A DNA stretch of 64,000 nucleotides from Rhizobium sp. Q54 (GCA_945875865.1 CAMCMF010000001.1:1395-65394), one strand, 5' to 3'; shown: positions 1 through 9,482, counted from the stretch's first letter. A program made the numbers and translations. Notes: generated by a model not told the origin, from the letters alone.

Positions 1-404
1 AATTCGCATTCAATTTTAACAGAGTCTTTTTTGTCGAGTTTTTGAGTAAAATTTGCGTCATATTCTAGGGCACTTTGGTTTTCTTTATGAGGCAGTGAAG
101 GAAGACTTTCCTGAGAAAATTGGATGTCTTTGCCGTGTCTATTTGCTAGTTCGAGAAACCCACGTTCTCTATCTTCTAATTTATAAAATCTGTTTGCGAG
201 TTCGTAAAATTTGCGTTGTTTATCCGCTAGTTCGTAAAACCTGCGGTATGTGTACGGAAGGGTGGCTATATTAATTTTATCCGCCTTTTCGCGCATCATT
301 CTCAATTCATCAGAATTGATCAGTCGTTTAAATGATTCTTGGATATGATCAAGCTTTGACAAGGTTCTTTCATCAATGAAATGGCTGAGGTTGATGGTTT
401 TCAT
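1..404 (-). CDS. hypothetical protein, N-terminal part only (runs off left window edge)
   Basis: Own translation of the minus strand. ATG at 404..402 directly follows the integrase stop (407..405) and the frame is open to position 1 (MKTINLSHFIDERTLSKLDHIQESF...). Absent from the ORF track because there is no stop in the window. Contains three FYELA/FLELA-type repeats. No family recognised. Confidence 0.4.
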   Translation of the reverse strand, partial: MKTINLSHFIDERTLSKLDHIQESFKRLINSDELRMMREKADKINIATLPYTYRRFYELADKQRKFYELANRFYKLEDRERGFLELANRHGKDIQFSQESLPSLPHKENQSALEYDANFTQKLDKKDSVKIECE

Positions 405-1592
405 TTATACTCCAAGTTTTTCCAAATAATCCGCCCACCACTGCATCATTACTCTGCGTTCCGGCAAATATTGAGCGCTGTTGTAAGAAGCTCGAACTTT
501 GTTTTTTTCTCCATGTGCAAGTTGTCTTTCAATCACATCAGGGCGGAAATTATTTTCGTTTAAGATTGTTGAGGCTGTACCGCGAAAACCGTGTACCGTT
601 GCTTGTCCGTGGTAACCCATGCGATACATGGCGAAGAGTAGGGTGTTTTCGCTGATGAATTTGTTTGGGTTTTGGCGATTTGGAAAAACAAATTCGCGGT
701 TGCCGTTTATTAATTGAAGATCTCTGAAGGCTTTAATTACTTGCTTTGCGAGGGGAACAATATGCTTCACTCTCATCTTCATTCTCTCTGCAGGAATGTG
801 CCATTCGGCTTTTTCAAAATCTATTTCTTCCCACTTTGCGCCTCGCATTTCTGTGGTTCTGACGAAGGTGAGGGAGGTTAATTTTAAGCCAAGTTTTGTT
901 TGGTAATCGCCTTTGAAATCAGTGTCATATTTTTCGAGTTTGCGTAAAAACTCAGGCAAATCTTTTTCATCAAATTTATTGAAATGCTTTCTCTTGATTG
1001 GCTTGAGAGCGCCTTGCAAATCTGACGTAATGTCGCGCTCTGCCTTTCCTGTTGCGATCGCATATCTAAAAACCTGTCCGCAAGTTTGGCGCATTTTCTT
1101 CGCAATATCTAACGCGTCACGATCTTCAATTTTTCTGAGCGCAACCAACAATTCAGGCGGAGTGATTTGACTGATTGGGCGAAAGCCAATTATTGGAAAA
1201 ATATCTTTCGCTAAATTGCGCAAAACTGTCTCACAATATCTTTTTGACCAAATCGCTGCTTGCTTCGCATGCCATTCACGCGCTACGGATTCGAAGGAAT
1301 TTTCAGCGTTAATTGCACGAGTGATTTTTGCTAATTTCTTTTCTTGAGAGGGATCAACGCCTTCTTGTATCTTCTTCCGCGCCTCATCTCTTTTGTTGCG
1401 CGCTTCTTTTAAAGATGTTTCGGGATAAGTTCCAAAGGAGAGTAGTTTTTCTTTGCCGTCAAATCTGTATTTCATGCGCCAATATCTGCCACCACTTGGA
1501 AGAACCAGCAAAAATAATCCTCTTTCGTCAGATAATTTGTACTGAGTTTTTTGAGGTTTTGCGTTCTTAGCAATAATATCGGTAAGCGGCAT
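405..1592 (-). CDS. int: tyrosine recombinase/integrase, P4-like (DUF4102-type N-terminal domain)
   Basis: 395-aa ORF. The N-terminus (AKNAKP..Y.LSDERGLFLLVLPSGGRYWRMKYRFDGKEKLLSFGTYPETSLKEAR) is typical of P4-family integrases. C-terminal catalytic signatures are present: RGAKWEEID, HGFRGTAST, LAHGE..VRASYN..Y. Confidence 0.9.
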   Translation of the reverse strand: MPLTDIIAKNAKPQKTQYKLSDERGLFLLVLPSGGRYWRMKYRFDGKEKLLSFGTYPETSLKEARNKRDEARKKIQEGVDPSQEKKLAKITRAINAENSFESVAREWHAKQAAIWSKRYCETVLRNLAKDIFPIIGFRPISQITPPELLVALRKIEDRDALDIAKKMRQTCGQVFRYAIATGKAERDITSDLQGALKPIKRKHFNKFDEKDLPEFLRKLEKYDTDFKGDYQTKLGLKLTSLTFVRTTEMRGAKWEEIDFEKAEWHIPAERMKMRVKHIVPLAKQVIKAFRDLQLINGNREFVFPNRQNPNKFISENTLLFAMYRMGYHGQATVHGFRGTASTILNENNFRPDVIERQLAHGEKNKVRASYNSAQYLPERRVMMQWWADYLEKLGV

Positions 1593-1916
1593 GTTTGGGG
1601 GTATAAACTTTTTGTTGTAGTTTTATACCCCGACTTCTACCCCCAGAATTATCTGGATGTCAACGGATTTCACCGGACGTCTTAAAACAAAAAAGTCCGG
1701 CAGATTCCTTATTTCTAAGGTCTTACCGGACTTCATTGGTTTCTACTAGAATGTAGAACTGGCGGTGGATGGGTGGTAGTTTGCGAACTTAGTCGTATTT
1801 TTCTGGAACCAGTAAAATAAAGGCTCCAAAGCCATTTTCATCCATACCGAAAAGTTCGATAAAAATCAGATGCCTTCACCTCAACCGCTTTGCGAAATTT
1901 CGTAAGGATTTTTGCC

Positions 1917-1941
1917 GTGAGTTCGAATCTTACTCGCTACA
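1917..1941 (+). other. tRNA 3'-end-like fragment (T-arm plus acceptor strand), possible att-core remnant
   Basis: GTGAG-TTCGAAT-CTTAC (5-bp stem with one G.T pair, canonical T-loop) followed by TCGCTAC+A. No complementary 5' acceptor strand is found about 70 nt upstream, so this is not a complete tRNA. Confidence 0.3.
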
Positions 1942-2034
1942 ATAATTAGACATAATTGGACATTTTTATGGACATTTAGTGATTGCTGGTCTATGATGAT
2001 TTGGTTAATTTTAACCGTAATATAAAGCCATTTT

Positions 2035-3081
2035 ATGACCGACTACCAAGTCACTATTACCAACGAGATACTGAACCTCATCAGTGAAATTGATGAGTTT
2101 AAAGGTAAGTGGCAAGCAATTAACACGCTTTCGCCTGATCGCTTGAAGATGCTTAAAAAATCAGCAACCATTGAATCGATTGCCTCAAGCACTCGTATTG
2201 AAGGCGTTAAACTGACTGATGCACAAGTTGAGACCCTTCTATCTAACATAAGAAAAACATCTTTTAAAAACAGAGACGAAGAGGAAGTTGCTGGTTATTC
2301 CGATGCCATGGATTTGATCCTGGAAAGCTTTGAAGACTTAAAAATAACTGAGAATCACCTTAAGCAACTCCACTCAGTCCTTCTCAAGCACAGCTCAAAA
2401 GATATCCGTCACAGAGGTGAATACAAAAAGCTGGATAATCATGTCGTGGCTTTTGATGCAAATGGCAAAGAAATCGGCATTGTTTTTAAAACTGCTACAC
2501 CCTTTGAAACGCCAATGAAAATGGCTGATTTGCTTTCATGGACGAACAAGGCATTTGAATTAAAATCAACTCACCCCCTGATCACTACTGGAATTTTCAT
2601 CGTAGTTTTTTTGGCGATTCATCCGTTCCAAGATGGCAATGGAAGATTATCCAGAATCCTTACTAATCTGCTTTTGTTAAAGCTCGGCTACAATTACATC
2701 CAATACAGCTCACTTGAGAGCATCATCGAAGATAACAAAGACCTCTACTACAAAAATCTGCGTGACTGCCAAACCACTTTGGAAACCAAGAAAATCAAAT
2801 TCGAAAACTGGATTTTGTTTTTCCTAAAGTCCCTCAAGAAGCAAAAAGACAACCTAGAGAAAAAGGTCAAAGCTGAAAAAATTCTGCAGGAAAACTTTGG
2901 TGAGCTGCATTTAGAAATTTTGAAGGTTCTTAAGAATCACAAACGTTTGGCGATCTCTGATATTCAAAGACTTACAGAAGCTAATCGAAGCACTTTAAAA
3001 GCAAAATTACGGGATTTGATCGAAATGAAAAAGATTAAAACTTTTGGCAAAGGACGAGGCGTGGTTTATGAAATTTTTTAA
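2035..3081 (+). CDS. Fic/DOC family protein (class II, with N-terminal auto-inhibitory motif and C-terminal wHTH-like tail)
   Basis: HPFQDGNGRLSR matches the Fic core HxFx(D/E)GNGRxxR. The upstream STRIEG matches the inhibitory (S/T)xxxE(G/N) motif. Confidence 0.9.
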   Translation: MTDYQVTITNEILNLISEIDEFKGKWQAINTLSPDRLKMLKKSATIESIASSTRIEGVKLTDAQVETLLSNIRKTSFKNRDEEEVAGYSDAMDLILESFEDLKITENHLKQLHSVLLKHSSKDIRHRGEYKKLDNHVVAFDANGKEIGIVFKTATPFETPMKMADLLSWTNKAFELKSTHPLITTGIFIVVFLAIHPFQDGNGRLSRILTNLLLLKLGYNYIQYSSLESIIEDNKDLYYKNLRDCQTTLETKKIKFENWILFFLKSLKKQKDNLEKKVKAEKILQENFGELHLEILKVLKNHKRLAISDIQRLTEANRSTLKAKLRDLIEMKKIKTFGKGRGVVYEIF

Positions 3082-3122
3082 AAATCTTACACGAATCACA
3101 TATTAATTTTGATGATAAAAAT

Positions 3123-3992
3123 ATGAAAAAATCGCTCAAACATCTTCCACAAAACAAGCAGGACGAATTGCAAAAAATTGTTTCCGCAATTCAAAAAAGC
3201 TGCAAGGATGTTGAAAAAATTATCTTGTTTGGTTCTTATGCGCGTGGCGATTACAAAGAGAAAAAGGATTTAAAACCTCAGCAGAAAACCGGTCATATTT
3301 CTGATTATGATGTGCTGGTCGTAACTGAGAAAAAAGAAACCACCGATGAATTTGTTTCCTGGAGCGGCGCAGGAAAATTGAAATTAAGTGCTCCAGTTAG
3401 AGTTATAGCTCACGATATTCAAAGCCTAAACATCAGCCTTGCTGAAGGGCAATATCTCTTCACCGACATCAAAAAAGAAGGCGTCACACTTTATGATTCC
3501 AAAAAATACAAACTCGCCAATAAGAGAAAACTAAAGCCGGAAGAGAAGCAAAGAATTGCCAAAGATTACTTCGAACATTGGTTTAAAAAATCTCGCTTAT
3601 TTTTTAGGGATTATGTTTCAAATCTTAAAGAATCTTCAAAAGATAGAAGCTTTTTGGCGCAAGCGGCATTCCATCTACATCAAGCTGCAGAGCATTCCTA
3701 CAAAACCACTCTCCTGGTTTTTACCAACTACAATCCGCAAGAGCATTATCTTGGGATTCTGGGTCGCACGACTGCCAAATATCATTCTGAATTAGTAAAT
3801 CTTTTTCCGAAAAAAACTCAAAAAGAAAAAGATCGTTTCAAACTCTTAGAATATGCGTATATTGGCGGTAGGTATGATGCCAGCTATCGTATATCAAAAG
3901 AAGATTTAGAGATTTTGGCTAGGGATGTGAAGAAACTTATGGAGCTTACTGAAGAAATTTGTGAAGCAAAAATAGTAGGTTTTGACACTTAA
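3123..3992 (+). CDS. fused minimal nucleotidyltransferase (MNT) - HEPN domain protein
   Basis: The N-terminus has LFGSYARGDY...SDYDVLVV (GSx..D.D NTase signature). The C-terminal helical domain has AAEHSYKTTLL...EHYLGIL...YAYIGGRYDASY, resembling HEPN (PF05168-like). Confidence 0.8.
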   Translation: MKKSLKHLPQNKQDELQKIVSAIQKSCKDVEKIILFGSYARGDYKEKKDLKPQQKTGHISDYDVLVVTEKKETTDEFVSWSGAGKLKLSAPVRVIAHDIQSLNISLAEGQYLFTDIKKEGVTLYDSKKYKLANKRKLKPEEKQRIAKDYFEHWFKKSRLFFRDYVSNLKESSKDRSFLAQAAFHLHQAAEHSYKTTLLVFTNYNPQEHYLGILGRTTAKYHSELVNLFPKKTQKEKDRFKLLEYAYIGGRYDASYRISKEDLEILARDVKKLMELTEEICEAKIVGFDT

Positions 3993-4006
3993 TTAAAATC
4001 ACCAAT

Positions 4007-4969
4007 ATGACCGAAAATCTAATAACAAAAATAATTGATGATATACGCAGAGGTGAAGCCAGCAGTCTTGATGCTTATCTAAAAACTGTTGAGCATGCAG
4101 TTGACTTGGAAGAAACGCAGACAAAGTTTTATGCTCACATGATCCAGCTTGATGGCAATGGAGGAGTTAGATCGAAGGATTTTATAGAGTTTATCGCTCG
4201 CCATATTATCCAATATGTTATTCCAAGAAGTAAAATCCTCGAAGCAGATGAGAGGGATAAAAAAGCAAAAATGAGCACTCATTTGATGAGATTGCGGTCA
4301 GATGCGGCAAAACTTTTTACACCACTAAAAAAGACTGGTGAAGGCGGAGAAATGCTACTTTTCATTCTTGGAGAAGTTTTATTGGGACTCCCCCAGTTAT
4401 TTTGTAAAATGAGCGTAAAAACAAGTGGAGGCGTTCATTATCATGGAGCGGATGGTGTTCATGCGGGAGTTAATCAAGAAGGAAAGTTGGAACTATATTG
4501 GGGAGAATCAAAGCTACATAAGAGCTATTCTGGCGCATTAGATGATTGTGTTGGAAGTATTTCCCCAATTTTAAAGCGGGAAAATGATGCGGATCATGAA
4601 GATTTATTATTGCTTACAACTCATTTAAATCTTGCGAATTCAACTTACACCGAAGCTGTAAAAAATATTTTGAACAAAGACAATCCTGAGTTTAATGGCG
4701 TTATTTATTGTGGCTTGTGCTTAATTGGTTTTGATAAAGATTTGTATGCAAAAGAAACTTCCAAAGAAGCGATAGATAAGCATTGCAAAAAATGGAAAGA
4801 AGACATCGCTGCAAAGCTTAAAAATAAAGGATTGTCCGAATTTAAAATTCACTTTTTTTGCCTACCGTTTGTTTCAGTCCAAGATTTCAGGGATGAGTTT
4901 TTGAGAGTGATGGGTTTATCTGATGTGCAGGTGGCGGAAATAATTAAAAAAAATACGGCAGATGAGTGA
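4007..4969 (+). CDS. hamA: Hachiman HamA-like protein (DUF1837, PD-(D/E)xK-type nuclease)
   Basis: 320 aa. Contains TGEGGEMLLFILGEVLL, then HYHGADGVH...LYWGESKLHK (D...ExK). Overlaps the downstream SF2 helicase gene by 8 nt, which is the HamAB operon arrangement. Family call is from memory. Confidence 0.65.
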   Translation: MTENLITKIIDDIRRGEASSLDAYLKTVEHAVDLEETQTKFYAHMIQLDGNGGVRSKDFIEFIARHIIQYVIPRSKILEADERDKKAKMSTHLMRLRSDAAKLFTPLKKTGEGGEMLLFILGEVLLGLPQLFCKMSVKTSGGVHYHGADGVHAGVNQEGKLELYWGESKLHKSYSGALDDCVGSISPILKRENDADHEDLLLLTTHLNLANSTYTEAVKNILNKDNPEFNGVIYCGLCLIGFDKDLYAKETSKEAIDKHCKKWKEDIAAKLKNKGLSEFKIHFFCLPFVSVQDFRDEFLRVMGLSDVQVAEIIKKNTADE

Positions 4970-7514
4970 GGAAATTTTAGATTGGCTAATTAACCAAAAT
5001 ACCTTCAGAAAAGAATACGAAAATTTACTTCTAGCTTCCGTATCATCTCAATTCGCCGCTCTAAATAATTGGCAATCATCCTCTAAAAATCATCAATCTT
5101 GTAACTGGGATTATTTGCTGCAGTGCGCGAGTTTTCTCTCTCATTCTAAAAATTCTAATAGACAGGATATTGCATTAAGAATTTCTCAATTTTGTCTTCA
5201 AAAAAAAGATGCCACTACTTCTTCCCAAAAGAATTCTGCGCAGTTTATTTTAAACACGCTTTCTAACAGAAGAACAATTTCTTTAGCTCAGGAAAGAGGA
5301 TTGTTAAAGGATGGGGACAGTGATTGGCAAAATAGTTTTCTGGGAAATAGAAGCTGGATAAAGCAAGAAATTGAAAACTCTATTTGGTTAAAAAATGGAG
5401 ATCGTATTGATGCGAATATTTTTCAAAAATCATTTTGGGATGCGTTAAATAATTTTCAAAAAATTAGCATTTCAGCGCCAACTTCGGCTGGAAAATCCTA
5501 CTTGGTGAAGCAATGGTTATTAGAAAAAATATCAGAAAAAGAATCGATATCCATTGTATATTTAGTACCAACAAGAGCTCTGATCTCAGAAGTGGAGTTA
5601 GATTTTCAAAGAGCTTTGAGTGAAGACATAAAGGCTTCTAGTGTTGTAGTTACCTCGTTTCCTTTTACTCAGTCCGATAAAAATAAATCGCATGTCTATA
5701 TTTTTACGCAAGAAAGGCTGCAGTTACTTTTATCGCGCACCCAAAATTCTATCGATATTCTTATAGTTGATGAAGCTTACAAATTAGCGGATAATGATAG
5801 AGGAATTTTGCTTCAACATGTGGTTGAAAAAGCAATCTTAGCTAATCCATTAATGAAGTTGGTATTCATCTCTCCAACCGCAAGCAATCCGGAAGTATTA
5901 GTTGACGAAGATGAATTAAGTTACAGCAAAAAATTTGATGATATAACGGTTAATCAGAATCTTATTTGGGCGACTCAAAAAAGAGGTGAAAAATGGTTAT
6001 TGGAGCTATGCCATTTTCAAGGAAAGACCCCTATTGGAGAGATTAAACTTTCTGCTATTCCAGACCCAGCCAGCCTACGTTTGCCTATGATGGCTTTTGC
6101 ACTTGGACAAGAAGGGGGAAATATAATCTATGTTAACGGAGCAGCTGATGCAGAAAAAACTGCGCAGCAATTATGCCAGCTTATTGGTCATGATAATGTA
6201 GTTAACGATAAGAGATTATTGGATTTAATAGAGTTGTGCGAGAAGGTTATTCATAAAGACTACAGGTTGGTAGGTGTATTGAAATATGGCGTGGCATTTC
6301 ATTATGGAAACATACCGCTTCTGATCAAAGAAGAGGTAGAATCTCTTTTTAGAGATGGGGTAATCAAATTTTTGGTTTGCACCTCTACGCTTATTGAAGG
6401 GGTGAATTTACCTTGTAAAAATATATTCATTCGCTCGCCAAAAAAAGGACGGGGCAATCCAATGTCTCACGCAGATTTTTGGAATCTCGCTGGCCGTGCA
6501 GGAAGATGGGGGAAAGAATTCCAGGGAAATATAATCTGCCTTGATCCTTCTACGTGGAATGCTCCGGAAGAAAAAAAGCTTATCGAAATAGGTAGAGCGA
6601 CTGAAGAGGTATTAAAAACTCAACATGAACTTGTAGATTTTATAGAAAAAGGTACGCCACGAGATGTTGCTGCAAGCAAAACTACGCTAGAATCAATGGC
6701 GTCGTATTTGGCAATAAACTATAGAACTTTTGGGTCAGTTAAAAATATACCTTGGATGCAAAAGATTGATAACGAAAAGGTAGAAGAGCTAGACAGAGTA
6801 GTAGGTAATTATCTGATAATATCTGATGTTCCAGAAGCGGTGGTGGCAAAACATCCTGGCATTAGTCCTTTGGCAATGAGGGATATGCTAATTTATTTTG
6901 AAAAATATGAGGAGAAGGAGCGCGAAAATCTTTTGGTTCCTTTTGCATCAGACACTGACTCTGTTAAAAAATATGTACAAGTGCTTCAAAGAATATTTAA
7001 TCGTTTAACTAATCAACTTGGTAAAGATGGCGCAGCTTTTAGAGCCGCTATTGTAACTGTTCACTGGATGCAAGGAAGATCAATTAGCCGCATCATACAA
7101 GAGCGTCAAAAAGCTCTAAAAAAAGCAGAAGAAGTGCATATAACAATACGAAGTGTGCTAGAAGATATAGAATCTATTGCGCGCTACAAAGCCCCAAAGT
7201 TTCTTTCGTGCTACAATGATCTTCTGAAGTACTTCTTTTTAAAAGTCGGTAACACGCAACTTGCGAATGAAATCGTAGATGACATTGCTCTATATCTTGA
7301 AATGGGGGTTAACACCAAGACTCAGCTTTCACTTTTAAACTTAGGTTTATCAAGAACTTCAGCAGTAGAAGTTAAAGAGTTTATTATTTCGAACGATCTA
7401 TCCGAAATGGAATGTATTAACTGGTTTACCAAACCACTTAATGACTGGCGCTCACTTGCAATGCCAGAAATAGTGAAAAGGGAAATAGAAAAAATATTAA
7501 AAATACATACATAA
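4962..7514 (+). CDS. hamB: Hachiman HamB-like SF2 (Ski2-like) helicase
   Basis: 850 aa. Motif I APTSAGKSY, motif II VDEAYKL, motif V VCTSTLIEGVNLP, motif VI LAGRAGRWG. Translationally coupled to the DUF1837-like gene. Confidence 0.7.
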   Translation: MSEEILDWLINQNTFRKEYENLLLASVSSQFAALNNWQSSSKNHQSCNWDYLLQCASFLSHSKNSNRQDIALRISQFCLQKKDATTSSQKNSAQFILNTLSNRRTISLAQERGLLKDGDSDWQNSFLGNRSWIKQEIENSIWLKNGDRIDANIFQKSFWDALNNFQKISISAPTSAGKSYLVKQWLLEKISEKESISIVYLVPTRALISEVELDFQRALSEDIKASSVVVTSFPFTQSDKNKSHVYIFTQERLQLLLSRTQNSIDILIVDEAYKLADNDRGILLQHVVEKAILANPLMKLVFISPTASNPEVLVDEDELSYSKKFDDITVNQNLIWATQKRGEKWLLELCHFQGKTPIGEIKLSAIPDPASLRLPMMAFALGQEGGNIIYVNGAADAEKTAQQLCQLIGHDNVVNDKRLLDLIELCEKVIHKDYRLVGVLKYGVAFHYGNIPLLIKEEVESLFRDGVIKFLVCTSTLIEGVNLPCKNIFIRSPKKGRGNPMSHADFWNLAGRAGRWGKEFQGNIICLDPSTWNAPEEKKLIEIGRATEEVLKTQHELVDFIEKGTPRDVAASKTTLESMASYLAINYRTFGSVKNIPWMQKIDNEKVEELDRVVGNYLIISDVPEAVVAKHPGISPLAMRDMLIYFEKYEEKERENLLVPFASDTDSVKKYVQVLQRIFNRLTNQLGKDGAAFRAAIVTVHWMQGRSISRIIQERQKALKKAEEVHITIRSVLEDIESIARYKAPKFLSCYNDLLKYFFLKVGNTQLANEIVDDIALYLEMGVNTKTQLSLLNLGLSRTSAVEVKEFIISNDLSEMECINWFTKPLNDWRSLAMPEIVKREIEKILKIHT

Positions 7515-7563
7515 GTGAAGTGTACCTGGCCGCTATTTTTTATTAACAACAAAGCAGTAAAAA

Positions 7564-8508
7564 ATGTTAGGAAAATTAGAAAAAGTTGATCTTCGCCAAA
7601 TATGGCAAACTGAAGGGCAAGATTTTACGCCGTGGCTTGCGCGTGAGGAAAATTTGGAGATGTTGGGAGAAGTAATAGGAATTGAGATAGAACTTGAAGC
7701 TCAAGAAAAAGATGTGGGTCCGTTTAGAGCAGATATTTTATGCAAGAACACCGAAGATAACAGCTTAGTTTTGATCGAAAACCAAATCGAAAGAACTGAT
7801 CACAAACATCTTGGTCAGCTTTTAACTTACGCTGCTGGATTGCAGTCAGTGACGATTGTTTGGGTTGCGGCAAAATTTACCGAAGAACATCGTGCTGCAC
7901 TTGATTGGCTTAACGAAATTACCGATAAAAAATTCCGTTTCTTTGGTTTGGAAGTTGAATTATGGAAAATTGGCAATTCTGCCGCAGCACCAAAATTCAA
8001 TGTAATTTCTAAACCAAATAATTGGAGTAAAACAGTTTCTGACGCAGCAAAAGAAATTGAGAATCAAACCACTTCTGAAACCAAAAAATTGCAATATCGC
8101 TATTGGTTGGGGTTGGTTGATTATCTTGAAGAGGTAAAATCAAAAATTCGTCCGCAAGAGCCAAGACCACAACATTGGTTAACTTTTACAATTGGTCGCA
8201 GTGGCTTTCATTTAAACACGCTTCTTAACACTCGTGAAAACAAAATTGGTGTTGAACTTGTGATTACCGATAAAGATGAGGCAAAGGCTTTTTATCACCT
8301 TCTTTTGAAGGATAAGGAAGTAATTGAGAGGGAAATGGGATGTGCTTTAGAGTGGAAGGAAAATCCTGAAAAAACTCAGTCAAAAGTTGCACTATTTAAA
8401 AATGGCAACATCGCTGATGAGAAAGACAGATCTGTGCAGCAAGAGTGGATCAAAAATACTTTGGAAAAATTTGATTCTGTTTTTAGGAAAAGAATTAGAA
8501 ACCTTTAG
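7564..8508 (+). CDS. DUF4268-like protein with N-terminal PD-(D/E)xK (NucS-like) nuclease fold
   Basis: RADILCK...LVLIENQIERTDHKHLGQLLTYAAG is typical of the D..ExQ nuclease core of this family. Function unknown. Confidence 0.55.
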   Translation: MLGKLEKVDLRQIWQTEGQDFTPWLAREENLEMLGEVIGIEIELEAQEKDVGPFRADILCKNTEDNSLVLIENQIERTDHKHLGQLLTYAAGLQSVTIVWVAAKFTEEHRAALDWLNEITDKKFRFFGLEVELWKIGNSAAAPKFNVISKPNNWSKTVSDAAKEIENQTTSETKKLQYRYWLGLVDYLEEVKSKIRPQEPRPQHWLTFTIGRSGFHLNTLLNTRENKIGVELVITDKDEAKAFYHLLLKDKEVIEREMGCALEWKENPEKTQSKVALFKNGNIADEKDRSVQQEWIKNTLEKFDSVFRKRIRNL

Positions 8509-8825
8509 TCTGAGCTTAGTGTTACTGCTGTAAATTCACCGCGAGTTGCAACAACTTTTAGATTCTTTTTTCCGCATTCAAAATAGCCGGTGTATTTTTC
8601 ATAATTTCTAATTGGCTCGCGTTCAAGGTTCAGAGTAAAAAGATTAATGCCAGAGCACTCAGCTCCTTTAAAATCTTTCAAATCATAAAATGATTTTTTG
8701 GCAGAAGTTGCCGCCATTGAGTTAACAGCTTCTTCAAAAACATCGATCAGTTTTTCAATTTCTTGGTCTGTGCATTTTTCATTTCTGACGTCCTCAATAA
8801 ATCCTTTGTAAATTAATCGGTTCAT
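8505..8825 (-). CDS. hypothetical protein
   Basis: 106-aa ORF. Its stop overlaps the stop of the convergent 7564..8508 gene by 4 nt. No motif recognised. Confidence 0.4.
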   Translation of the reverse strand: MNRLIYKGFIEDVRNEKCTDQEIEKLIDVFEEAVNSMAATSAKKSFYDLKDFKGAECSGINLFTLNLEREPIRNYEKYTGYFECGKKNLKVVATRGEFTAVTLSSD

Positions 8826-8910
8826 AAACTTTTTTAAAAATTGCTAAAGTGCCACGACACCAATGAACGCTTCGTTTTAAACACTTATCAAGTGGAATGA
8901 TTGAGAATCT

Positions 8911-9123
8911 TTACTTAGTGCAATGTTCCTCAAATTCCTGATTAAAATTGTCGATTTGGCGGAGAGTTTCTTCGGAGATCGTGTTGTATTCTTCTTGACT
9001 CAAAGTGATGGGTTTTGCCCACAAACAGAAGCTATTTGCGGATGTATTTTTGCATCCGGCGCTTAACAGCAGAAATATCGTCACCACGGCGATTTTCTTG
9101 GCGTTTTTTTGATTCAGTTGCAT
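8911..9123 (-). CDS. o-spanin (Rz1-like outer-membrane lipoprotein)
   Basis: From internal Met21 of ORF 8911..9183: MQLNQKNAKKIAVVTIFLLLSAGC has the lipobox LSAGC. It starts inside the i-spanin ORF in another frame and extends beyond it (overlapped architecture). Confidence 0.6.
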   Translation of the reverse strand: MQLNQKNAKKIAVVTIFLLLSAGCKNTSANSFCLWAKPITLSQEEYNTISEETLRQIDNFNQEFEEHCTK

Positions 9124-9247
9124 CTGTAAAATCTTCTTCGAGCTGTTTGGTTTTTTGTGATTTTTTGCCGTAAAAATTTCCAAGAGTAAAAATGGCGATT
9201 ATCGCACCAGCAATTGCTGCGAATCTTGTCAGTAAATTTTGGATCAT
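9032..9247 (-). CDS. i-spanin (Rz-like, N-terminal TMD plus charged periplasmic segment)
   Basis: 71 aa. TMD FAAIAGAIIAIFTLGNF is followed by a highly charged sequence. Sits immediately downstream of holin/endolysin and overlaps the lipoprotein ORF. Confidence 0.55.
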   Translation of the reverse strand: MIQNLLTRFAAIAGAIIAIFTLGNFYGKKSQKTKQLEEDFTDATESKKRQENRRGDDISAVKRRMQKYIRK

Positions 9248-9480
9248 TTTTTGTTTTGCCTTAAAAGTTCGAGTAATCCTGAGCCAATCAAAGCTGCGCC
9301 AACATAAATTAAGCTATCTGCGCATCCATCAAGACGATCAAAAGGTGTTGCTGTGACATGACGCAAGCCGTAAAGAAACAGGATAAACTTCATCAAAGAA
9401 CCGGTGACTAAACAAAAAGCCCCTGCAAGTCTTTTTGACGATTTATTGCCGTTAAAATCTTCTAAAAATTTACAAGCCAT
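9244..9480 (-). CDS. putative holin (two predicted TM segments)
   Basis: 78 aa with hydrophobic stretches LAGAFCLVTGSLMKFILFLYGL and LIYVGAALIGSGLLELL. Sits between the endolysin and the spanins. Confidence 0.5.
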   Translation of the reverse strand: MACKFLEDFNGNKSSKRLAGAFCLVTGSLMKFILFLYGLRHVTATPFDRLDGCADSLIYVGAALIGSGLLELLRQNKK

Positions 9481-9482
9481 GT

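Noticed and set aside
145-245. Three GC(T/G)AGTTCG(A/T)(G/A)AAA direct repeats as regulatory binding sites
   Set aside because: They lie inside the partial minus-strand ORF and encode its repeated (F/L)(Y/L)ELA helix motif. A coding-level repeat is the simpler explanation.
53-274. 73-aa plus-strand ORF at the left edge
   Set aside because: The opposite strand carries a longer open frame that starts 1 nt after the integrase stop (operon-like). The plus ORF is Cys/Leu/Val-rich with internal repeats that are the antisense image of the FYELA repeats.
1593-2034. Complete tRNA or tmRNA gene next to the P4-like integrase
   Set aside because: Only a T-arm plus 3' acceptor strand could be found (1917..1941). 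The required 5' acceptor complement and a plausible anticodon arm are missing, and a minus-strand ...CCACCGCCA end near 1761 lacks a T-arm. This needs covariance-model tools to settle.
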